Positions 28,776-36,565 of a stretch of 36,565 bases of DNA are shown here, piece after piece (the first letter of the stretch is position 1; each line of letters starts with the position of its first letter). The stretch is from assembly GCA_021399395.1 (NCBI GenBank), contig JAAFKJ010000116.1:1-36565 (forward strand). The letters run 5' to 3'. A program made the position numbers and the translations under genes. This DNA comes from Candidatus Heimdallarchaeota archaeon. Its GTDB lineage: Archaea; Asgardarchaeota; Heimdallarchaeia; Heimdallarchaeales; Heimdallarchaeaceae. The notes under the pieces are model-generated. The model was not told where the DNA came from. It was given only the letters and a program-made list of their open reading frames with translations, and did no database searches.

Positions 28776-29939
28776 TTAGTCTCTCCATAATGCTTCGATA
28801 GAAATTTCTTCAGGCTTGCTCAGATGAGGAGATTTTACTTCTGCAATAACAATTGTAACTGCAAGTTCATCATCTGGCATCATATCATCTATGTTACATC
28901 CCCAAACGAACTCAGCTTTAGGATGGATTTGATCTGTAATCATGGTTGTAATTGTATCAACTTCAGTCATCGATATGTTTTTGTTAGCTTTAATATTAAC
29001 TAGAGAACCAGTTGATGAGTTTATATCGACATCAAGCAAAGGATTAGATAATGCGTTTGTTATTGCTTGAATAGCTCTATTTTCACCTTTTCCTTTTCCA
29101 ACACCAATCACAGCAGGACCACTTCGACGTAAGATTTTCTTTGTATCTGCAAAGTCTACATTAACTCTTGCTGGTAGAACAATTAATTCTGTTAAACCAA
29201 CAACAGCATTTATCAAAACATCGTCTGCCAATTTGAAAGCATCCCACAAAGTGAAATCCGGTGCATACATTAACAATTTCTCATTGGGTACAACAATTAT
29301 GGTGTTTGAATATTCATTTAATTCTTGTAATCCCTCTAGAGCGGTTTCCATCTTACTCTGTCCCTCAGATGCGAAAGGTAGTGTGCATACACTTACAACT
29401 AAACAACCTTCTTCTTGGGCTATTTTGGCAACATGGGGAGCTGCACCTGTTCCGGTACCTTTACCTAATCCACAAGCAACAAAGACCAAATCATTTCCTC
29501 TAACAAGTTCTCGAAGGTCTTCTTCATTCTCTTCGGATGCTGCACGACCGATATTGGGGTCATTTCCCGCTCCTGTACCGTTTGTTAATTCTCTACCAAG
29601 AAGCATTTTTCGTTCTGCTTGAGTACTCAAAAGATGCCTCGCATCAGTGTTAACTGCAACGGTGGTTGCTCCAATAATGCCCCCTCTTGTCATAATATTG
29701 TTGATGGCGTTAGATCCTGCACCGCCAACTCCAACAGCTAATATTCTATTAGATTGAAGAACTTGTTGTATGAAAGAATCTACAGAGCGACTGGAAAAAC
29801 GATCGGAAGAGCCACTTTGACTGCTTAGAAGTTTTTCAAGTTCCTTATCGGCATCCTCGCTGTCAAAAGTTTGATTTTTATCATCTGGATTTAAACTATC
29901 TTCTTCCTCATCTAGATTCATTATATAATGTTCATCCAT
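28776..29939 (-). CDS. ftsZ: Cell division protein FtsZ
   Basis: GVGGAGSN, VNTD, GAGNDPNIG, GLGKGTGTGAAP, PFASEG, PNEKL, NVDFAD, ALSNPLLD. Confidence 0.96.
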   Translation of the reverse strand: MDEHYIMNLDEEEDSLNPDDKNQTFDSEDADKELEKLLSSQSGSSDRFSSRSVDSFIQQVLQSNRILAVGVGGAGSNAINNIMTRGGIIGATTVAVNTDARHLLSTQAERKMLLGRELTNGTGAGNDPNIGRAASEENEEDLRELVRGNDLVFVACGLGKGTGTGAAPHVAKIAQEEGCLVVSVCTLPFASEGQSKMETALEGLQELNEYSNTIIVVPNEKLLMYAPDFTLWDAFKLADDVLINAVVGLTELIVLPARVNVDFADTKKILRRSGPAVIGVGKGKGENRAIQAITNALSNPLLDVDINSSTGSLVNIKANKNISMTEVDTITTMITDQIHPKAEFVWGCNIDDMMPDDELAVTIVIAEVKSPHLSKPEEISIEALWRD

Positions 29940-30046
29940 ATGTACTCAGTCAAATTTTGTATAACACAAATAACAACGCAAATATGACCGAGAAGACTCC
30001 TCAGTATTACACTTTTGATTTTTTTCCTGTTTTTAAGAAAGAGAAT

Positions 30047-30121
30047 TGGTGCACGCGCCGGGATTCGAACCCGGGTTCCAGCCGTGGCAGGGCTGAGTCC
30101 TACCAACTAGACTACGCGAGC
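30047..30121 (-). tRNA. tRNA-Gly(GCC)
   Basis: Anticodon arm CAGCC-CTGCCAC-GGCTG, T-arm CCGGG-TTCGAAT-CCCGG, encoded CCA; U3:U70 mismatch. Confidence 0.93.
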
Positions 30122-30136
30122 GTTTGTTCTTGTTGT

Positions 30137-30210
30137 TGGTACGCCAACCGGGATTTGAACCCGGGTTCCCAGCTTGGAAGGCTGAAGTCCTACCGCTAGA
30201 CTATTGGCGT
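30137..30210 (-). tRNA. tRNA-Gly(TCC)
   Basis: Anticodon arm TCAGC-CTTCCAA-GCTGG, acceptor ACGCCAA/TTGGCGT, encoded CCA. Confidence 0.93.
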
Positions 30211-30404
30211 ATTTTCAACTACATTTTTTGTTCAAACCTTTGTTTTTAATCTTTTTGTTCTATTTGTTGTTTTCCAAACTTGTAAATGGTAAAACATTAT
30301 TAAAACAAATTAAATGTATTTTATGGCATTACTTCATTATTGAATATTCTGTTTAAACTTGTTTTTAAAAATAATGTAAAAAAGTAGAAGTGAATGGGTA
30401 TTAT

Positions 30405-31661
30405 TTACTTACCCCATTTCTCAAGAGATTTGGCTAGTTCGACATGATCTTTTGCATATTCATCAAGTGATATACCTTTCAAAGTAGCATCTAGAGCTTG
30501 TTTCATAGCCATAGCACCTTTACGAGTTCCATCAGGGTGACCGTGAATTCCTCCTCCAGCTTGAATGATGAGGTTATTACCACCATGTTTTACCAAGTTA
30601 GGTATTTTAGCAGGATATAGACCGCCAGATGCAACTGGAAAGGTTTGTTTAAATTCATACATAGGATTAAGCATAGCATCTTTGATTTGAAGCTCAAGAT
30701 CTAATTCTGTATCCATTTTACCTTGACCATATGATCCTATGTGAAGCTGATCGCCACCAACCATACGAACTATCTTAGAAACTGGTAACATAGAAATACC
30801 GTGTCTCTGGTTACGAGTAAAAGCTGCATGCATAGTTCTATGAACATGAATAGGTACTTTAATACTGGGATCAGCTGCCATTTGAGCCAATTCTTGAAAT
30901 CCGGTGAGAATAACGTCTATCATAAGACATTTTGCTCCATTGTCTATAGCTTCTTCTATTCTTCTCCACATAACATCATGTTTAGCTGTTACATTTACTG
31001 CATGGATTACAGTTCTTCCTGTTTCTTCTTTTACTTGATCCATCTTTTCTAATACGGCAACTGTTCTATCGGATATTGGACAGAATGGTTGATTGCTTAG
31101 ATTTTCGTCGTCTTTGATAAAGTCTACACCACCTATTGCTGCTTCATAAGCTACTGTGGCCCATTCTTTAGCAGTCAAACCCATCTTTGGCTTAACAATA
31201 GTTCCTACATGAGGACGATTTGGAAATTCACCTTTGTCAGTTCCTAAGATTTTACGAACCCCTTCAACACCAAATTTTGGTCCAGGAAAGTTTTCAGCAA
31301 TACTACGAGGAAATTCAACATCCAACCATCGTATATTGCGAAGGGCACCCAAACCAAAAAGATTACCAGCTAGCATGGATAAAATGCTAGTAATTCCTGC
31401 TTCAGTATCAAAAGTTTCTGTTTTAAACCCAATTAATACTTCTCCACTCTGATATCCATCATGGTCACCAATGATTTTGGTATCCAAAATCTCTGCTCTT
31501 AACCTAGGGATGATATCAATTTCTGTGTTTTCAATTGTAGTAAGCTTGGTCCATGTACCAACACTTTCTTCGTCACATATTTCTTCTGCAGCCACTTCAA
31601 CTGACTTAACATGCTCGACATAGTAGCGAGCGACTAATAATTCTTCATATTTATCTTTCAT
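30405..31661 (-). CDS. rbcL: RuBisCO large subunit, archaeal form III-like
   Basis: EESVGTW, GNLFG, IVKPKMGL, GGVDFIKDDE, HVHRTMH, QLHIG, GKM, PVASGG, GGGIHGHP; the catalytic motifs are all present. Confidence 0.95.
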   Translation of the reverse strand: MKDKYEELLVARYYVEHVKSVEVAAEEICDEESVGTWTKLTTIENTEIDIIPRLRAEILDTKIIGDHDGYQSGEVLIGFKTETFDTEAGITSILSMLAGNLFGLGALRNIRWLDVEFPRSIAENFPGPKFGVEGVRKILGTDKGEFPNRPHVGTIVKPKMGLTAKEWATVAYEAAIGGVDFIKDDENLSNQPFCPISDRTVAVLEKMDQVKEETGRTVIHAVNVTAKHDVMWRRIEEAIDNGAKCLMIDVILTGFQELAQMAADPSIKVPIHVHRTMHAAFTRNQRHGISMLPVSKIVRMVGGDQLHIGSYGQGKMDTELDLELQIKDAMLNPMYEFKQTFPVASGGLYPAKIPNLVKHGGNNLIIQAGGGIHGHPDGTRKGAMAMKQALDATLKGISLDEYAKDHVELAKSLEKWGK

Positions 31662-31689
31662 AATTTATTACCTCATAATTTAATCATAA

Positions 31690-32628
31690 TTATATCATTT
31701 CATCATTCATTACCATGAATGGATATTCTTGTTTGACTATAAGATATACAACTGCTGGTGAAAAGACTCCAGCTTCAGATATGATTCCATCTATAAGCTC
31801 ATGCGATACTGTTTCAAATGCTGGATTAAGGAAATTGAGTCCTTTTGGAGGATTTTCCCATATCTCTTCACTTTCTCGCATTTCTATCTCAGATAGTTTT
31901 CCTATACTTGTTTCTGGATCATATTTCAAGAGATTTATCGCCGAATAAAATGGAATATCCATTTCACGGGCAGCCAATGCTAATAATCTTGTTCCTATCT
32001 TATTGATGACTGTACCTTGACTAGTTATAGAATCTGCACCAGTAATTATGATATCTACATCGTGTCTGTTCATTACCCATCTCATAGCGCTGTCTACAAC
32101 TTGAGTTGTAGTAATTCCTGCATCTACAAGTTCTTTTGCTGTTATACGTCCTTGATAACGAGGACGTGTCTCAGTACAGTAAACTCTAATGTCTTTATCT
32201 TGTTTATGTGCCTCTAAAATGATGCCAGTAGACAAAGATGAATGACAATGAGTCATGATGGTACTCCCCTTCTTTATTCGATGAGCACCATATTGGATAA
32301 CTTTTCGTTTTGATTCCTTTAATAGATTAATGTATTCTTCTGCAAAGGATTTTACTACTTCTCTTGCCTCCTGAATTGTAGAAGCTTTATCGTGAAGATT
32401 GTAAACAATATATCTTAAACCATTTCTTAATGCTGGTTCAGTAGCTCTTGCTGTTGCCAAAGCTTGACGTGCTTCCTCTAATTCCTTGAACATGTTATCT
32501 ATGGAAGCAACTTCAAGACGCTCTGCTAGTGAAGAAAAGGCATTGACGCCCTCAATAGCAATATTAGTCGCACCTTGAATTTTAAGTGAACGAATATCAT
32601 CTACAATCTGTATAAATGCTGAATCCAA
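31690..32628 (-). CDS. Ribose-1,5-bisphosphate isomerase (eIF2B alpha/beta/delta family)
   Basis: IQGA, RATEPALRN, MTHCHSS, ETRPRYQG, GADSI...INKIGT, NPAFE; adjacent to rbcL. Confidence 0.93.
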   Translation of the reverse strand: MDSAFIQIVDDIRSLKIQGATNIAIEGVNAFSSLAERLEVASIDNMFKELEEARQALATARATEPALRNGLRYIVYNLHDKASTIQEAREVVKSFAEEYINLLKESKRKVIQYGAHRIKKGSTIMTHCHSSLSTGIILEAHKQDKDIRVYCTETRPRYQGRITAKELVDAGITTTQVVDSAMRWVMNRHDVDIIITGADSITSQGTVINKIGTRLLALAAREMDIPFYSAINLLKYDPETSIGKLSEIEMRESEEIWENPPKGLNFLNPAFETVSHELIDGIISEAGVFSPAVVYLIVKQEYPFMVMNDEMI

Positions 32629-32698
32629 TTAAATCACCAATAGACAATTAAAGACAATAACGGGAACCATAATAAAGAATTGTGGTTAGAACAATTTT

Positions 32699-32722
32699 TG
32701 GTGGGACATGAAGGATTCGAAC
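32699..32722 (-). repeat. Degenerate 3'-end fragment of tRNA-Ile2 (att-like)
   Basis: TGGTGGGACATGAAGGATTCGAAC vs TGGTGGGGCACGACGGATTCGAAC at 35754-35777 (21/24 identical, same orientation). Confidence 0.8.
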
Positions 32723-32868
32723 TTATCCGAGTTTTTATACCATTTTGCTCATTATATTTTGAATGCATTCTGAACTCTATAAATTTTCTAAGGGTGATTT
32801 AGATTAACACAGAGATTGAAACTGAAATAACTGACAATGAACTATCCAAAGCAAGAGAAATTGAAGAG

Positions 32869-35748
32869 ATGAAAGGAGAAATACGAGAAGTTCTACAGCT
32901 GATAAATAAAACTAAAAAAACAATTACTAAACTCCAGAAACAGAACAAGACACAGTTCCTTGAAGAAACAAAGAAGGATAATTCCAGTTATAGTGTCAAT
33001 AATTCCAAACGAATACATTTAGAAAGTATCGAGTTTCACAGCAATATCTCTTGGGATGTCCTACTGAACCTAACAGAAAAGAAGTATGGTTCTCTCGCTG
33101 ATAATGACAGATTGTTTGCAGATCTGATTAAATCATTGTTTTTTCCCAATCTAGACTTAATTAAAGACGTTCTAAACAATAAAACCAATTTAACTGAATG
33201 GAAGAGAAATATCAAAGATTTGAAATCGATATTCAAAAACCAAAAAGGAATTTCCTTTGGCGAATACATTTTTAGAGAAAACTTGAGATTCTCTCAAAAG
33301 ATTTATGATTCATATAGAAAACTGGATTTATTTGGTAAGGATCTCGATAGGGATTATAAACGGGATATTACCAGAGATTTCTTCGATAAATACGGTTCTG
33401 ATATTACTGATAAAATAGAAAAAAAATATGGGTTATTTTATGAAGAAGCAAGAGTTTTTACAATATACCTTGCTTGTATGGCTGATTTTGATAAAACTGT
33501 TCTGGGTTTTGATTACGGTTCTATGCATGAATTCTTCCAAAACGTTTGGATGAAAATCAATTGTAACCAAGATAAACTAAGGCAAAGACAATATGTATCC
33601 GATAACGAGATAAAGCAGATAGTTCATTCAAACTTTTCTAGATTTAAGACAAGTGTATCCTCAGGATTTGATTCTTACTTTGTTTTACTCAATCAAGAGG
33701 AGTTTGAATTATGGTTTGTAGAACAGAAGTGTGGTAATAGTTATGTGATATGTAAAAACTACAAGAACATTGCTGATCCATTGCACAAGTCAGTTTTCAA
33801 TTTAGCTAACAGACGCACAGATAGGAAATTACAGGATTCTTTGCAACAAGCAGGATTTACTGTCTTACAGAGCATAGACTTTGCTGGCGCTCTGTTTAGG
33901 CGTTATACTTACTACTATGATGCAATAGGAAATAATTTTCTAGGAAAAATGAAAGTCCAAAAATATACTCATGATTTGATATTTGGAATAGAAAGAAATG
34001 GATTCCCAAACGCAAAACAATTGGCAAGAAAGCTCATTAAAGCAGCTAAGGATAATCATAGATTAATAGCCCTGATTCAAAATGGACTTACCTTAGGTGA
34101 AGATAGAAAAGTGGTAAAACATATTGATCTAATTGACAAAAAGAAGCAAACAATACGTATTTTTGGGGAGATATTCACTTTCAAACCAACACGAAATAAG
34201 AAAGGAGAATATATTGTAGCGATTGAGGGCTACTCTAGAAATTTACTAAAGAAAATGAAAAAGAACGACCCAAAGTTTAATCCTGCACCGTATGATCAAC
34301 TGAATAATATCTTCCAAACTATCTCGCAAGGAAGAAACTGTAGGATCAAAGAGAAGTTATCCTCTGATGAGTATATCAAAGTTATACTTACCAACTATAA
34401 CGATATACTCTATGAGATTTTTAATTATCTTACCAACAAAGAAAACTTTGTCTCTTTTGAAAAACTCAAAGATGGTAGGACGTTTGTGTGCAGCGAAATA
34501 GCTTCAGAAGAGATATCACCAGTAAGAGAGTGGTTAGAGTACAATCAACAACGCTATTCAGCAATACCCTATATTACTAACTATTTATGGAAATTACCTT
34601 TCTTTGGCAAACTGAGAGAGATAAGTAGAAATGACAACTTAAAAATGAGTAAAGCAAAAGAGTTAGCATACAAGAAACTGTTTTCAAATAACGATAACGA
34701 AGTGCTAAGCTTCTTGGAAGAAATACAATCAGATGATTTTGCAGAGGAAGATTACGAGAAGAGAGTGAAAGCAAATCCTGAATACTCTTTTCTATTTGGT
34801 TTGCTGTATCTGTTAAAAGGGAATACATGGTTAAAACTTCGAAAGAACTTGTTTGAACAGGGAGATACTCTTCGTGCACTTGTTTTTCTGGATGAAGAAG
34901 GAAGACCAGTAAGAATATTTGGAGATGATGAAAAACTCGATTCAGTGGAAAATCCATATCTGAATATTAAAATGGATTTTTATGAAATCTTTAGTAAGAA
35001 TAGATTATTAGATCGCAACATACTCTCAACTTTTCCTATTGCTATTAAGTCAGGGAAATCAGCAAAAAGATATCCAGAGTTGAAGTTTAGATTCTGTAGA
35101 GCAGATGGTAGAAGAGCAGGAGAGAAAGGGAAGGAAGCGAGAAGGATGTATATAGAAAGAATCAGAGAGAAGATAGGGCACATAGAAGAAATAAATGATG
35201 TGATTGATATTCTGATTTCGAAACCAGCAATTGCTTTCAATCTGTTAAGGGGGGAAAATAGAGAAGTAATGATGAAATTATTCATATTTTTGCTCTTTGA
35301 ATATAATGAGGTTTGGAAGGAGTTTAGTAAATCAGTAATAGAATATTTGGAGAAGAAACTTCAAATTCCTATTGACAACATGGTTCTAAGTAATAAATTT
35401 GTTAAAAGAGGATTGAGCATAAAAGTGAACTCAGTAGAAGTGAGTTCTAATGGTAAATGGTTGTTTCAATATGAGGTGTTAAAAGGATCAACTAAAGTTT
35501 TAGAGAGAAAAATAGAAGTTCTTCCAGCTTTTACCAATATTCGAAATAAAAATACTTCAAAAGAAAATTTGAATCTAAATGAATTAACTTTGTTTTGTGA
35601 CCATAATCCGCTGTACTTAAACGTTTTATCTATTTTAGAAGCAGAAGTAATGCCACTTATCCTAGTGAAAAGTGAGAAAAATATAATTTCCAAAATACGT
35701 AAAAAATGGAAGAATGGTGTAAATTGGATGGAGAAAGCTTGTGTATAG
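32869..35748 (+). CDS. Large hypothetical protein (959 aa) with possible PD-(D/E)XK nuclease-like motifs
   Basis: Uninterrupted 2.9-kb ORF; GFD(268)...VEQK(285-287) and MDF(703)...PIAIKSG(723-729). The start may be ATT at 32803. Confidence 0.75.
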   Translation: MKGEIREVLQLINKTKKTITKLQKQNKTQFLEETKKDNSSYSVNNSKRIHLESIEFHSNISWDVLLNLTEKKYGSLADNDRLFADLIKSLFFPNLDLIKDVLNNKTNLTEWKRNIKDLKSIFKNQKGISFGEYIFRENLRFSQKIYDSYRKLDLFGKDLDRDYKRDITRDFFDKYGSDITDKIEKKYGLFYEEARVFTIYLACMADFDKTVLGFDYGSMHEFFQNVWMKINCNQDKLRQRQYVSDNEIKQIVHSNFSRFKTSVSSGFDSYFVLLNQEEFELWFVEQKCGNSYVICKNYKNIADPLHKSVFNLANRRTDRKLQDSLQQAGFTVLQSIDFAGALFRRYTYYYDAIGNNFLGKMKVQKYTHDLIFGIERNGFPNAKQLARKLIKAAKDNHRLIALIQNGLTLGEDRKVVKHIDLIDKKKQTIRIFGEIFTFKPTRNKKGEYIVAIEGYSRNLLKKMKKNDPKFNPAPYDQLNNIFQTISQGRNCRIKEKLSSDEYIKVILTNYNDILYEIFNYLTNKENFVSFEKLKDGRTFVCSEIASEEISPVREWLEYNQQRYSAIPYITNYLWKLPFFGKLREISRNDNLKMSKAKELAYKKLFSNNDNEVLSFLEEIQSDDFAEEDYEKRVKANPEYSFLFGLLYLLKGNTWLKLRKNLFEQGDTLRALVFLDEEGRPVRIFGDDEKLDSVENPYLNIKMDFYEIFSKNRLLDRNILSTFPIAIKSGKSAKRYPELKFRFCRADGRRAGEKGKEARRMYIERIREKIGHIEEINDVIDILISKPAIAFNLLRGENREVMMKLFIFLLFEYNEVWKEFSKSVIEYLEKKLQIPIDNMVLSNKFVKRGLSIKVNSVEVSSNGKWLFQYEVLKGSTKVLERKIEVLPAFTNIRNKNTSKENLNLNELTLFCDHNPLYLNVLSILEAEVMPLILVKSEKNIISKIRKKWKNGVNWMEKACV

Positions 35749-35753
35749 AAAGG

Positions 35754-35887
35754 TGGTGGGGCACGACGGATTCGAACCATCGACCAATCGGTTTCTCAGT
35801 TTTGACTCATAAAAAATATGAGCCGAGCGCCTCTTAATTGCAAGGTACGCAACCTTGCAGTTTCTAACCAAGCTGAGCTAGTGCCCC
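35754..35887 (-). tRNA. tRNA with CAT anticodon, probably Ile2, with two introns (D-arm 23/24: 35831-35862; canonical 37/38: 35793-35816)
   Basis: Spliced form GGGGCACTAGCTCAGCTTGGTTAGAGCGCTCGGCTCATAACCGATTGGTCGATGGTTCGAATCCGTCGTGCCCCACCA; the CTCGG anticodon stem is typical of archaeal Ile2; both introns have relaxed BHB motifs. Confidence 0.88.
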
Positions 35888-36027
35888 TTATTCTACTATA
35901 TTGCCACATGCTTCTTATTTTAAGTTTTTTCTTCGCTTCTAAAAATATCTTCCAGGAATGTATTCTTTTAAATTCATTCTTGGTTTAAAACAACCTTCTA
36001 ACTAAGAATCTTATACAACTGTTAAGA

Positions 36028-36321
36028 TCATTGTATTTTTTCATCACGTTTTGGTCCTGAAAGGATTGGATTTACGTATCTTGAAATAGATTCAGATAAT
36101 GTATTAATTTCTCCAGTTGAAAATTTCTCTCCTCTTTTTTTAGAACAACTATTACATAATCCTGCTGGCAGTACTACTTTAGAAACCAGATCTTTTTTTT
36201 CCCTACTTATACACCTACCACAAAGGGGTTTCTCACATTCCTCACATGAAAATCTAGCTGTAGCTCCACAGTTTAAGCAGATTAAAACTATTTCTTCATT
36301 CTTCTCGCTTATGATTATCAC
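36028..36321 (-). CDS. Small Cys-rich zinc-finger protein (B-box-like spacing)
   Basis: CLNC...CEECEKPLCGRC...LCNSC: four CxxC pairs. Confidence 0.75.
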   Translation of the reverse strand: MIIISEKNEEIVLICLNCGATARFSCEECEKPLCGRCISREKKDLVSKVVLPAGLCNSCSKKRGEKFSTGEINTLSESISRYVNPILSGPKRDEKIQ

Positions 36322-36380
36322 AATAATATTAATAGAATTCTCTAATATTAAACCCCAACACTTTCTCTGAGTTTGAAAAG

Positions 36381-36565
36381 TTAGTCCGCTAGTAAGAAAT
36401 CTGCTTCTTCAGCATTGAAGGAACTTCGAACAAAAGGTGCTGATGCAACAAATTGAAAACCCAGTTCATATGCTTTTTCTTCATATTGTTTGAATAAATC
36501 TGGATGAACAAACTCCTCAATTTCCAGATCTGAACTTGGAGGTTTAAGATATTGTCCTATTGTTA
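36381..36565 (-). CDS. lipA: Lipoyl synthase, C-terminal part (5' end outside the window; absent from the ORF track)
   Basis: Hand translation TIGQYLKPPSSDLEIEEFVHPDLFKQYEEKAYELGFQFVASAPFVRSSFNAEE...; TIGQYL and VRSS(Y/F) are LipA motifs. Confidence 0.92.
   Translation of the reverse strand, partial: TIGQYLKPPSSDLEIEEFVHPDLFKQYEEKAYELGFQFVASAPFVRSSFNAEEADFLLAD

Larger units (their letters stand above)
32699..35777. mobile_element. About 3.05-kb single-gene island at the tRNA-Ile2 3' end, no integrase
   Basis: Bounded by the tRNA 3' end and its degenerate direct copy; contains only the 959-aa ORF. Confidence 0.65.

Noticed and set aside
29921-30199. ORFs 29921-30106 and 29957-30199
   Set aside because: They overlap the tRNA-Gly genes.
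32869-35748. Cas13-like effector, from two RxxxxH strings (RKVVKH, REKIGH)
   Set aside because: Neither fits the R[N/H/Q]xxxH HEPN consensus, such strings arise by chance in 959 aa, and there is no CRISPR array or cas gene nearby.
2867-35871. Other short antisense or alternate-frame ORFs in the track (e.g. 2867, 9989, 11917, 18813, 29233, 34577, 35466)
   Set aside because: Shadow ORFs of well-supported genes or tRNAs.

Overview
AT-rich archaeal chromosome window, most consistent with an Asgard archaeon, probably Heimdallarchaeia (inferred from a Rab-like small GTPase, two roadblock/LC7 proteins, form III RuBisCO, FtsZ and CTERM-type surface proteins). Most of it is core genome: topA, Sec61beta, PolD small subunit, AglB, EF-1alpha, the rps19e-PDCD5-rpl39e-rpl31e-eIF6-rpl18a-pfdA-ftsY cluster, rnp4-yhbY, ftsZ, RuBisCO plus ribose-1,5-bisphosphate isomerase, partial lipA, and six tRNAs (two with BHB introns). 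The main unexplained structure is a set of integrase-free, single-gene cassettes bounded by direct repeats. Two sit in tandem behind tRNA-Cys, each closed by a degenerate copy of the tRNA 3' end. One lies just upstream between perfect 30-bp direct repeats. All three encode signal-peptide plus C-terminal-anchor surface proteins. A fourth, at tRNA-Ile2(CAT), carries a 959-aa orphan protein with PD-(D/E)XK-like motifs. Also noted: a ~180-nt structured intergenic RNA candidate upstream of rps19e, and a pattern suggesting non-canonical start codons. All calls were made by eye, without database searches.
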